Positions 1 through 10,929 of a stretch of 64,000 nucleotides of DNA are shown here, in pieces (positions within the stretch are counted from its first letter, which is position 1; each line of letters begins with the position of its first letter). The notes under the pieces were generated by a model. That model worked only from the letters and a program-made list of their open reading frames with translations, made no database searches and had not been told where the DNA came from. Source of the DNA: Harriotta raleighana (lineage: Eukaryota); contig JBNZDD010013650.1 in NCBI GenBank assembly GCA_050575255.1, positions 2,636,073 through 2,700,072 on the forward strand. Direction: 5' to 3'. Made by a program: the position numbers and the translations under genes.

Positions 1-146
1 TGTCCCACTAACAGTCGTGGATTAAGTGACCAAATTATTATTTATTTATTTTCTTGAGGATTATTATCAGGTGTGTGGAGTAAGAAAACTTTCCCACGGT
101 TTTGTCTCTCGCTGCGAGTGCTCGAACTACTAAGCTACAGAACTCC
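1..146 (-). mobile_element. 5' part of a tRNA-Deu SINE (young family), degraded
   Basis: Reverse complement matches the head of the 53978 copy. Confidence 0.7.
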
Positions 147-263
147 AAGAATATAGAACAATACATCCAAACAAGCTAAGAAAGTGAGGTCGAAAGGGCA
201 CAGGTTTAGGAATGTGAAGGGATGAGAGAGAGAGAGAGAGGTACCCAGAGTAACACCTAGTAC

Positions 264-329
264 CTCACAGTCCGAAGAGTAGCAGTGATACCTTCCACCT
301 GTGGCCTGTGCCAGTCTCTGCAGAGCAGC
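264..329 (-). CDS. VWA3A: VWA3A coding exon (66 nt); the gene continues beyond the left edge
   Basis: atccag| ... |gtacta. AALQRLAQATGGRYHCYSSDCE resembles human AVLKNLAEAVRGYYHCYS. Confidence 0.9.
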
Positions 330-1198
330 CTGGATTCAAACAAACAATATAGGGATCAATAAACCACCACCACCACCACCACAATATCATAAGGCAGCAA
401 CTCAGAGCGCTTAGGGGTGTGGAGAGGTGACAGTAAGCAGAGTCAAGGAGAAAAGTCAGAATAAATTAACAGAAATCAAACATAATAAATAAATCACACA
501 AGATCTATTGTGTTAGAAAATATCAGTTTCCAGTTTGTGTTATTCATAAAAAGCACGAGAAGGCCTTATATTATATATAGACTCAAAACGTCTCAAAGCA
601 TTTCACAGTTAAGTGTAGTAATTGATTGAATGGCGGTTTGAGTTTGCTCACTGAGCATTCATATAGAAGGTCCCACAAACAGGCATGAGATGGATGAAGG
701 ATTGCAGGCTAGTCACTGGGGAAAACCCAAAAAGTGCTTTCTAACTGTGTCATGAGAACTTCAGGCACCATCTGAGCAGGCAAAATTGGACTGTTTCATT
801 GTCCAATCTCAAAATATGGCACCTTTGACCATGTCGTGCTCCTCCAGCTCAGTCCTGAAGGAGTTTAACCCACAGTGAAGTGTGCTGCCAATCCAGCCAG
901 GATGATACTGGTTCAACAAATGAGCCACGGATTACAAAGCTTTACATTATTGTCTGGTCCAGAACCTAGCACATTGTTCCATTCAAATACTGTCATTTAA
1001 AAAAATATATAATTTGGTCATTCAATCCACAACTGTTTGATTTTACTATTTTGACTGTATTATTATGTATTATTACTGTTTATGCTGTGAAGCCCTATGA
1101 GACCCCTTCAAAGACATGATAAGGTGCTATGTCAAATGCCAATATTATTCTGATGTTTTACAGTGTTATTGTGTTGGGCGCTGTCCCCACCCACATAC

Positions 1199-1307
1199 CT
1201 GGGTCAGGTGACTACTGCAGTCGTAGGCGATGGTGTGGAAGGGCAACCGTTTCCCCAGCATGCACTGCTCAACATAGTCAACCCAAATCTCGCAAGTCTG
1301 GTCCGGG
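1199..1307 (-). CDS. VWA3A: VWA3A coding exon (109 nt)
   Basis: tttcag| ... |gtatgt. PDQTCEIWVDYVEQCMLGKRLPFHTIAYDCSSHLTQ resembles human PDQPSEILSDYIQQSTMGR. Confidence 0.92.
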
Positions 1308-1739
1308 CTGAAACGAACATTGTTGGAGAACATAAGTGTGGAGAACATTAGTGCATGGTTATACANTCAACCCAAATCTCGCAAGTCTGGTCCGGGCTGA
1401 AACGAACATTGTTGGAGAACATAAGTGTGGCCATTAGTGCATGGTTATACTGTACCCTCACCATGGACACAAAGTGGTCAATCATTTCACAAAGAACTTA
1501 ACAAGTCAATTATTTGACTTGTTAATTATGCTCTCTCCGCCTAACTCTCTCTGCTGTATCATCGGAGGGGTTTATAGGTCCGATGGACAGAAATGAATGT
1601 CCGCACATCCCCAACGTGTACGTGTGTGACAAACACACAAACTCTCTATGGATGTCACCTGTATCAGTTGGACATCAATGGACTCGAAGATAAACCACAT
1701 TGAATAATAAGAGAAAGTACAATCTATCAACAGCAAAGA

Positions 1740-2030
1740 ATCTAGGGGTCATAGTTTTAAGATTATGGGTCAGTCTTTTCGCACTGAGATGAGGAAAAAC
1801 GTCTTCACCCAGAGGGTGGTGAATTTATGGAATTCTCTACCCCAAAAGGCTGTAGATGCTCAGTCATTGAACATATTCAAGACTGAGATTAATAGTTTTC
1901 TTATGGATAAAGGGATTGAGGGATATGGGGATAAGGTGGGTAGGTGGAGTTAGATTAGAAGATAAACCATGATCTTGTTGAATGGCGGGGCAGGCTCGAG
2001 GGGCTGAATGACCTACTCCTGCTCCTCATT
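1740..2030 (+). mobile_element. CR1 LINE 3' end
   Basis: FRTEMRKNVFTQRVVNLWNSLPQKAVDAQSLNIFKTEI is a CR1 ORF2 C-terminus, followed by a typical 3'UTR. Confidence 0.9.
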
Positions 2031-2279
2031 CTTCTTATGAATCTGCTCCTGCTCACCCGCAGCCCCAAGGAAAGCAACTAATGTAAGTAACAGGAAATTT
2101 CCAGGTTATTTCAAAATAGATTTTGTAATTCAGAAATCAGGCTCTTGATGGGATCTAGAATTCCGTCACTCGCGTCAACGCTGGAGTGGCATTCCTGGGA
2201 GTCAGAAATTTGAAGCTATGGATTTCTTAACGCTTTCTTAATGCTGACTTTATTTCCATTTTCTCTGGAGCCTCCTTAC

Positions 2280-2405
2280 CAGCTTCCCAGTACAATCAGC
2301 AGTGAGTTCAGCTCCTTCATTTGCAGGAGGTGCTTCATGGCTTTCAGTAGGTTACAGCCTCCGCTGGGTTCCAGCTCCTGTATCCATTGCCTTGCTTCAC
2401 CCAGG
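2280..2405 (-). CDS. VWA3A: VWA3A coding exon (126 nt)
   Basis: gcacag| ... |gtaagg. LGEARQWIQELEPSGGCNLLKAMKHLLQMKELNSLLIVLGSC resembles human LQELKLWVKTLQPDGGSNLLQALK. Confidence 0.92.
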
Positions 2406-3082
2406 CTGTGCCCAGCAGCCAACATGAAGAGTTGAGAGAAATTTTAAAGCAAAAATTATCAGCGGAGCAAAGTACAATAAAGTTACTGGACAATTCTCAC
2501 TAAGACCATTGTGCATGTGAATAGTGCGAATATCGGGTCACTGTGTGGAATCCAATGTGCTTAACAGCCATTAACCCCAAATCTCTTATGTTAGGAGCTA
2601 TAATGTAACTTTAGCTTCATATAGTGTTAACTTTTAATATCACATAGTGTTAAAGTTACCTTCCCTTTCTCTCTCCATTTGTGCCCATCTTTGTCCAGCA
2701 ATCAATTAGGGATTCTGCTCACATGGTTGAGGAGAAGTCAATTCCTCTAAGTATTCAGAAGACGGACAGGCCGGCTGACCATTAACTAGCACACCTTTGA
2801 TGTGAGCCTGCCCAAAAATGTGGCATTTGTGTGGCAACCTGGTGGGGTGGTAGCACTCTTAATTTAGAAGGTTGTGGGTTCAAGGCCCACATAGGGACCT
2901 GAAGTCACATAGTCTTAGATGACGCTCCAATGTAGTTTTGTTACATTGTCGGAGATACTGTCCTGCACCCACCCCCCCACCCCTCCCACACACGTGTGTG
3001 GAAGGGTGCATGTGTTTATATTCTGTAGTTGTGGGGGGTGAGGATAAAAAGTGGTTTCATTTCACAAGCAGACAATGCTTAC

Positions 3083-3189
3083 GTGCGGAGGTTTACATCT
3101 CGAACATTCTCCCAGAGAGGGGAGGTAGAAGTACCGAAGGATACCAGGTAAAGCTGTTTCCTGTAGGACAACTGTTCATCCAGTAAACA
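3083..3189 (-). CDS. VWA3A: VWA3A coding exon (107 nt)
   Basis: catgcag| ... |gtaagc. CLLDEQLSYRKQLYLVSFGTSTSPLWENVRDVNLRT resembles human SLIDEQLSHKEKLFVLSFGT. Confidence 0.92.
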
Positions 3190-4033
3190 CTGCATGCAAT
3201 AAAAATAAAATGAATTTACCTCAGGACTGACACCATGTCACATGGGCCTCTTTTAATTTAAGATACACTGTTCAGTTCCTTCTCCTCTGACACTTTGTCT
3301 CCTCTCTAGTACTTCACTTAAGTGTCAGTTTGGTTTATTTTCTAATAAGCGCTCTCTTCTCTGGGTCAGGAGGTTCCTACAAATTACAGTCACTACTCTT
3401 TACAGTATATTCTGCAATCTTTTGAGATGTCCTTCTTACCTGAAAGGCACTACATCAAATCGAAGATTATTATTATTGTGAGTTCAAGTCCCACAATAAA
3501 ATACTTTGAGATGTTTTGAGACAATAAAGCCATAAAAATACACATCCTTATTCTTCCTTTTACCTCGCCCAAATGGATAGTTGTGAGCCCATATAGTGAG
3601 CATATGTTGGGTGTTTGACAGAATAATTGTCACAGCTGAACCCCAATCCTGTCCTCAATAAATAACTCACAATGTGCTGTTTCAGACAGGAGAGGGAATC
3701 CTGGCAGATTTTCCCTCTTCCCTGGCCCAGGGGAAGGAGTGGGGGGCAGGGGCAGGCGCAATGCAACAAAAACATTGCTGAGTTCGGTGGGGGTGGGGGT
3801 TGCTATTCAAAGTTTGGAAGCCACTGCATTGAGGGATGAGTTCATGCATCGAACGAGTTGCATGGTTCTGTGCNGGCAGGGGCAGGCGCAATGCAACAAA
3901 AACATTGCTGAGTTCGGTGGGGGTTGCTATTCAAAGTTTGGAAGCCACTACATTGAGGGATGAGTTCATGCATCGAACGAGTTGCATGGTTCTGTGCGTT
4001 TGTAACATCACCTCTTTGTTCGATGACACTGAC

Positions 4034-4135
4034 CAGAAGAGCTTTCTGAAAATCTTGCCGTCTTCCCACTCCACAGTTAGCATCAGACGCATCAATAAGC
4101 ACCCCAACCCGGCTTCCTGTCACCAGCCCAAACAT
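4034..4135 (-). CDS. VWA3A: VWA3A coding exon (102 nt; 105 nt with the alternative NAGNAG acceptor), start of a VWA-type domain
   Basis: ccagcag| ... |gtcagt. MFGLVTGSRVGVLIDASDANCGVGRRQDFQKALL resembles human AFGLIKGARVSILIDVS...EFQKDLM. Confidence 0.92.
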
Positions 4136-4403
4136 CTGCTGGACAAACAGCACCAGTTGTCACAAACACAGAGCACATGAGCAATGCTTCCTCCCCTGCT
4201 TAATAGAGAATTTAAGGTGTTCAGATTTTTTTCTTTTTTTAAGAAGTTTTTGACAAGTTTTTCTCCTCCAATTATATAGCACCCATTACCATATGAGGAG
4301 CTGTGTGTGATAAACATGTGATTTCCACCCTCCCTATTTTACATCAGTTTCTGATCGACGAGACCCGTGCTTGAAATACATGGGAGCGTAATCTGGTACG
4401 TAC

Positions 4404-4458
4404 CTTCCTGCTGCCCTCTGCCAGCCAAGCCAAGCGTTGCTGGTACACCTCAAACAGC
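4404..4458 (-). CDS. VWA3A: VWA3A coding exon (55 nt)
   Basis: tttcag| ... |gtacgt. LFEVYQQRLAWLAEGSRK resembles human IEVYQERIQWLTENSKK. Confidence 0.9.
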
Positions 4459-4766
4459 CTGAAACAGTCAATAAGATCAGTCACAAGAAGGATACATCAA
4501 GCTCATTCACTCCACATCACCTAAGATTTTTATTATTTAATTATCTGATCTCCAATGACAATGCTTCATCTCAGTTCTTGCCCTCCCTTCCTTCAGATAA
4601 TATTTAGAAGAGAAGGTGGGGTCTCCAAGTATCCTGGCAATGTTCCTTATCATCCCCACTTTGTGGGATGTTGCTGCCGCACATTACCTACTGCCACCTC
4701 CACTTAAAAATAACTTGTATTGAGACGTGTATTAAGGAAATGCAGGGATTTGGGTTCAGTACTTAC

Positions 4767-4835
4767 TCACAAACTCGAGTCTCAAACACATCGATCTGGT
4801 GCGCACTGAACTGCAAGTGTTTGATTCCCTTGTTC
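4767..4835 (-). CDS. VWA3A: VWA3A coding exon (69 nt)
   Basis: gaccag| ... |gtaagt. NKGIKHLQFSAHQIDVFETRVCE; phases match both neighbours. Confidence 0.85.
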
Positions 4836-4914
4836 CTGGTCGCAATGGGGAGGAAAAATCGGAGACTGTGAGTTACAAGCAAACCCCACAAAGGGCTGAT
4901 GTACTAATATTAAT

Positions 4915-5255
4915 AATAATACTTGCATTTGATGTAGTGCCTTCTCATGTAGTTGAGATAAATCAAAGCTTTTTATAGAATATACCGTAAAGGAGATTGA
5001 TTGTGTATTTTTGAGGATGAATTATGCTAGCCAGTTGTGCTCAGCAGTATCCCTCAAACAGCCATGGAGTGAATGCCTAATTTTATTTGGGGGGATTTAC
5101 CAACCAAGACACCAGGGAAACTCCCTTCCCTTTTCAAACAGTGCTATCTTTAACATCCACCTGAACAGTTTGATGGGATCTCAGTTTAATGTCTTGTTTG
5201 AAGGATGGCATCTCCAACAATGCAGCAGCCCCCCCAACACTGCATTGGATATGTG
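4915..5255 (-). mobile_element. Old Deu-type SINE (SacSINE1/AmnSINE-like) remnant; related remnants near 570-900, 2830-2960, 6750-7000, 21280-21670, 32040-32290 and 61800-62100
   Basis: Shared degenerate core tctttaacatccacctgaacag...cagtttaatgtc...gaaggatggca...cactgcattgga. Confidence 0.6.
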
Positions 5256-5257
5256 TT

Positions 5258-5852
5258 TGTAAAATTATATTTGTGATGTTTAATGTTTTTAAAGATTTTA
5301 ATTAAACTTTATGTACATTTGGAATGTAACCTGGCCACATTCCTTCAATAAAGTTTGTTCGATTTAATGACTAGCTTAGCTAGCTTAGCTTTACTGGACC
5401 AGTTGAGGTCAGTTACTGATTACATTCCAGATTTTCCTGGGAAGATATTCACTGCTCTGAGATAATGAGCAATTGGGTCCTTGAGTGTAGATATATGAAC
5501 AATGGACCACAGAAAGAAAAGGCTACAAGCCTCAGACACCTGCCTATCTCAAGGCTGAGAAACAAGCAACTGTGGAAGGCTGCCCAAACGTTGTCCATAT
5601 CTCTCTCTCTCTCTCTCTCAATGCAGCCCTGCGAAGGGAGGGGGCTATCTCTGTGACAAGGGGAGCTGGAGTCATAAACACAAAAAACAAAGATATAACT
5701 TTGAAATAGATGGGAGTTGTGTAGAGGGTCAGCACACTTCCCAAAGGAATCATAGATAATACTGTATCTATGGCCTCAGCTTTAAGAACAAGTTAAGCTT
5801 ATTGTATTACTTAATAAAACTTGGATTATTATTGAATATTGAATCTTTTACA
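5258..5852 (+). mobile_element. Probable solo LTR
   Basis: TGTAAAA...TTTTACA termini, AATAAA ~35 nt before the 3' end, ~600 bp long, truncates an old SINE. No clean TSD seen. Confidence 0.45.
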
Positions 5853-5867
5853 GTCTGCAGCACTCAC

Positions 5868-5992
5868 ATGACAATCTGTCCTTGCTTTAAGAGCTCCTGT
5901 ATCCTGACTCCTTCATGTTCCAGACTGTGATTTGCCAGCCATTCCTCTGAGGTCTGGCTGTCCCTGGCCCGAGCTGGCTTCCCAGACACTCT
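5868..5992 (-). CDS. VWA3A: VWA3A coding exon (125 nt)
   Basis: ttcccag| ... |gtgagt. RVSGKPARARDSQTSEEWLANHSLEHEGVRIQELLKQGQIVM resembles human SEDWLSAHSLKCQKLTLADLISQG. Confidence 0.88.
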
Positions 5993-7162
5993 CTGGGAAA
6001 GAAAGGAAGAATTTACATTTTATAGCACCTACCTCATCAAAACATCTCAAACTGTTATATAGCAATGACTGTCAAATGAAGTGACTGTGTTAGCCTAAAT
6101 AGATAAAATAGTAATAATTTGGACACAAACCACGAATATACAGTCAATTCAGTTTATAGTATATTCTGTGAAGCGCTTTGAGATGACAATAAGATGTGAA
6201 AAGCACTATATCAAATGCAAAGATTATTATTATTAACTGTTTGTGGGACATTGATGTGCGCAATTAGCTGCTGCTTTTCATCCACGAAATACAGTCAATT
6301 CACTTTTGAATATATCCTGTGAAGTGCTTTCAGACATCTCAATGACATGATAAGGTACCATATCAAATGCAAGAATTATTACTGTATTCAGGTCATGCCT
6401 GAAGACATTTTCTCTTCAACTGCACTTATGATCATCTTCCCCCAGCCCCTCACTCGGCCTCAGGCCTCACCACCTTTAAGCACTCAGAGATGCTGCCTGG
6501 TGTAGAGGGTGCTATATAAACTTGTTGTCGTTGTTTTTATTATTATANGAATTATTACTGTATTCAGGTCATGCCTGAAGACATTTTCTCTTCAACTGTA
6601 CTTATGATCATCTTCCCCCAGCCCCTCACTCGGCCTCAGGTCTCACCACCTTTAAGCACTCAGAGACGCTGCCTGGTGTAGAGGGTGCTATATAAACTAG
6701 TTGTCGTTGTTTTTATTATATAATAATTATTATAATAAGCACACCAAGCTCTCAGAAATGACCATGAGATTTGTTGCTGGGACACTAGCACAATCTCTCT
6801 GTCTAATTCCAATATTTTTCTGGGATTTCTACATTTGTCTGTAGATCAAGCAGACAGGATCATAGTTTAATGTCTCTTCCTGAAGGTACCTGTGACAATG
6901 AAGCCCTCCCCTCAGTACTGTGCTGGTGTGTCAGGCTAGCCTCTGATCTCAAGCCTCAATGTGTACCCACAACCTTCAGAGAGGATATCAACTGAGCTGA
7001 GACAAAATAGAAAATTGATTCTACTGATCATTGGTTGCAAACCCAGATATTGCTTTAATTTTAGGCAATAAAGTGCCGCGAGACACAAAGACACAATAAC
7101 AGGAAATCACGATGATTTAAACAGTTCTCATTCTTGATATTATGAGAAAGTCTACAACATAC

Positions 7163-7289
7163 CAAAAGATCTCTGGTTTGATTGATGTGCGTCACCAGTA
7201 ATCCATCATTTGGCTCAAGGTCGGTGATGGCTACATCTTGCCACAGAGGTCTTGGCCTCGCCGGTGTTTTGCCTGACGTTAGGGTTGGA
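7163..7289 (-). CDS. VWA3A: VWA3A coding exon (127 nt)
   Basis: ttttag| ... |gtatgt. PTLTSGKTPARPRPLWQDVAITDLEPNDGLLVTHINQTRDLL matches human VWA3A DNGLLVTHVNQTQDLL. Confidence 0.88.
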
Positions 7290-7866
7290 CTAAAACAGAG
7301 TGTTTTTAAGGTCAGTTTCGTCAGGATTGGTGCTCCTAGTTTTACAGGCTTTCTTCAAAATAAGAGTAGAATTTGTTAGGTTTGCAACAGGGTCAAAATT
7401 CACCAAATTGAGCTGACGTGGAGCAAAATGGCCAGAAAGCAAAACAGACCGACCTTGTGGGAGGTGGGATTACATTCCCTGGATTCCCCCACCCTCCCTA
7501 ACACTTTGACAAGTACCTGTCTCCCCAAGTCCCCAATCTGAGCCTTGCACTCTGAAAACCATCCCCCATGCTGAGGAACACAAAGTTTTCTGCTTCTCTT
7601 CTATGAATATTTCCAAATTAGACACCAATATAACCTAAATACAGTACCTGTATTGTAAATGTTTTGCTTAAACCTGCTCGATGATCATTCCACAGTGGCT
7701 AAAGCAGCAATTATTTGTTCAGGTAAAAGGTAATATCATCTTGCACTCACACACCGCTGTTCTCACAGAATAATGTCTCTGCGTGTAATGCTTGTACACA
7801 GAAATAAACAAAAATGGCCATTTACTTGCACACAACATTTTAGAAATCACGTAAGAAGGATCTTAC

Positions 7867-7961
7867 ATGTTACTTTGTAGAAACTGTTTGTTTTTCAGGA
7901 CGTCAGTCATGTTACTGGGGACCCTCCAGTCAGTCTGCAGCTCCACACATAGCGGGTCTTC
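7867..7961 (-). CDS. VWA3A: VWA3A exon probably containing the start codon (ATG at 7910-7908, MTDVLKNKQFLQSNI)
   Basis: tttacag| acceptor, |gtaaga donor, open frame, phase-2 end compatible with the next exon. Similarity to human is weak in this region. Confidence 0.6.
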
Positions 7962-8625
7962 CTGTAAACACATGTATTTAGATATTGGTCCTGAGCAGTA
8001 GATTAGCTGATCCCGAGACCAAGTAGTCCTCCACTACACTGTAATTGCCATTAAAGTACTTCTGCTGTATGTACTGTCATTCAGTTCACATATACGGTTC
8101 AGTGCCCAGCAACAGTCCACATAGGCTCAGTCTACAATTTTCTGCTCCTTACAATTTACTACGTAAGAATTGTCTCCATTTTGATTGGCTTTTACTGCCC
8201 CTAGGATCTGTCCTTTGCTCTGATTTCACAGAAAGATAGTCAATTTACTGTAAAGTATATTCTTTAAAACGCTTTGAGACATCTCGAAGATGATAAGGCG
8301 CCACTATATCAAATGGAAATTTATTCTTATTATTCTTTCCCCATCTTCAGACATGAAAAGCGCTATATCAAATGGAAGGATTATTATTGTTATTATTATT
8401 CTTCATCAAATGGAAAATAGCATGGGGAGACCAATTTCTACATTTCCTGATGATATCAAATTATGTGTATGGGTGGGTGTGGGGAGAGACTGAACATCTA
8501 AGCAAATGCCAGCACTGGGTTCGTGAGGAGGTAAACGTGACACAATTGGCTGCACTATCTCCAAAATAAAACGAGTGGAAGCAGCAACATATAAACCTAT
8601 TTGCAAAACTCCAAAGTGTTTTTAC

Positions 8626-8745
8626 CTGAGTGTCTGTGAGCTTCTGGTGTAAGGTTTAACGTGCAGGGAGACGGCAGGTGATTGACAGATTCCCCTGGTT
8701 CCAGGCTCTCAGGCTGTGCTGGCTCTCACTGCTGCACTGTTGTTA
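8626..8745 (-). other. VWA3A: Probable non-coding first exon of VWA3A (5' end approximate)
   Basis: Donor cag|gtaaaa at 8626/8625, relatively GC-rich, no ATG, directly downstream of the X-box-like motif. Confidence 0.5.
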
Positions 8746-8749
8746 CTCC

Positions 8750-8764
8750 GTTGCCAGTGGAGAT
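8750..8764. promoter_or_regulatory. RFX X-box-like motif at the putative VWA3A promoter
   Basis: GTTGCCAGTGGAGAT resembles the X-box consensus GTTGCC-N0-3-RGNAAC, with an adjacent GTTAC half-site. X-boxes are typical of ciliary gene promoters. Confidence 0.5.
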
Positions 8765-8804
8765 GGAAGCGTCCACTATTAAACACAGAAACTATCACCA
8801 ACAC

Positions 8805-8912
8805 AGGGGAGGGGAGGGGGGAAAGGGGAGGGTGGAGGGGGGAAAGGGGAGGGTGGAGGGGGGAAAGGGGAGGGTGGAGGGTGGAGGGGGGAAAGGGGAG
8901 GGTGGAGGGAAA
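8805..8912 (+). repeat. G-rich ~21-bp tandem repeat (GGAAAGGGGAGGGTGGAGGGG)n
   Basis: About 4 copies visible directly; almost pure purine. Confidence 0.9.
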
Positions 8913-10929
8913 GTTTCAGAATTGTTGCAAAGAAAGATGCGGTACAGGTGATTTACCTGAATAAACAATTATTTTGGTGCAGCATTCGCACTCACTCACT
9001 CCACTGACTGACTTGCTCACTGCCTTCTGAAAATCTAAATATACTACATCTACTGTCTCCCCCCCCCCACTACCTAACCTGCTAGTTACATTCTCTGGGA
9101 TGGTTGATCTGCTGTTTTCTTACTGCAGCAGCCTGGGCAACTCAGGCAGCTCATCAGTCACAGACTTTCATGGATTCAGTGGTTGAATCCACCAATGACT
9201 CACTCACACTCACACGGCACTTCATTAACCTTTTTGAAGTTGGTCACACAGACTGAGCTATGAAGAGTCAGTCAGTTTTCCTAAACTGAAATACAGCAGT
9301 GACGCCTGCTGCGAAACCAATGAGACATCATGTCAATAATAGCTCCAATTCTCTCCTCTCTCTCCCCCCCACTTCCCTTGACACACAATGAAGTTTTGGG
9401 GGTTCTGCCTGCAGACAGATACACAAACCCATTTTGTCCAACTGGGTCAACGCTACTTGGTAGGGCTTTGGCTAATAGCTGCCAAGTGTCACTCAATCCA
9501 TGACTGTTTGTAGGACGTTGCTGTGCTCAATTGGCTGCCGACTTTCAGTTTTTGGTAAAACAAAATATATGGCCAATTCACTTTCAGAATATTCTGTGAA
9601 GCGCTTTCATAAGGCGCTATATTAAATACAAGGATTATTATTATTATTAGTATTCCTGCTCCTAGCGACTTGTCTGCCCCTCCAAGTCCTGCTGGTAAGA
9701 CAGGCTGTGAGCAGCAATTTCCTGGAATACTGTTTCCTTGTCTGGCTCGGGAATCGTGACTACGGAGACCACCAAAAACACTTGAATGCTGCATTGCTCA
9801 GCACAAATCATTGGGAGTTAGCTCACTTCCAAGCTAAGTCACTCAGTAAATAATGCCAAATAATTGTCTACACACATTCTCTCACATTGAGAATGACTTG
9901 GGTGAGATTCTGAGACACCTGCAGCACCTGGGAAGTATTACAGCAGTATCTTTTTGAGAAAATTCCCCAGGTTAGTAAAGAGAGAAGAATGCAATCTTTT
10001 CACAATTTGCTACTTATTGATTAACATAGAGTGTGTCCATCAGTCATTTCTGAAGCCACTGATTCTTGCTGGGCTACATTTCCACAGACACCGGTTTCTC
10101 CGTGGGATCTTGGCTTGGAAACTGGGAGAAACTCCCACCAAAAGAACAGGCTCACGGACCTCGGTTTCATGCCTCTGATAATATGGTGCTACATGAACAC
10201 TGCAGAAACAGAGTTTGTTCGTGGCTAACTTCTCTCTACCAAGAGGAAGATGACTCAGATTATACAACTCGGCACTCAGTTGCTCATTAGACGAATTTGC
10301 TTGGTCACATTCACTGAACCCTCGCAAGAGTTAATTGATTTTTTCTAAATTGATGTTAAAACGATATCATTAACTTTGATTGTCAGTGTGTAATTTGAAT
10401 TTTTCTCTAAAACAAATAATGGATTTTTTTTAGCTTGAGGTCTGAAAGGATTAATATTCTTTAGCTCAGGCAAATCCAAATTAATACCTAGGATTTCCAT
10501 CAATAATGAACTGGTTGGGCAAAAAGCTACTTTCCAAGGAAAGCTAATTGAAAGGTCTGGACAGCATTATCAGATCAGAATGTAGAGGGCGCTCCAAGCC
10601 ACAGTTTACCCCAAGGTACTTAAGAGTCCACTAGTCAGTCACAAGAGAGTTGAGGAAGAGCTTTTATATTCATCAAGAATGTGGAATTCACTGCCAGAAT
10701 CTGTGATTGAAGCAGAACACTTCTATATATTTTAGGAAGCAAAAAGATGCATACATGAGGGCAGGGGAAATAGACGGATATCGAAGAAAGCTAAGGAGGG
10801 ATGGAGGCCTTGCGGAGTATAATAATAATCTTTGCATTTGATATAATGCTTTTCACATCTTCTAGGTGTCTCAATGTGCTTCACAGAATATTGTATACTG
10901 TAAAGTGAATTGACATGCACATCGGTCCC

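Noticed and set aside
9954-10327. Cluster of overlapping ORFs in unique intergenic sequence
   Set aside because: No recognisable protein similarity and no convincing splice-site pair linking it to VWA3A or MOSMO.
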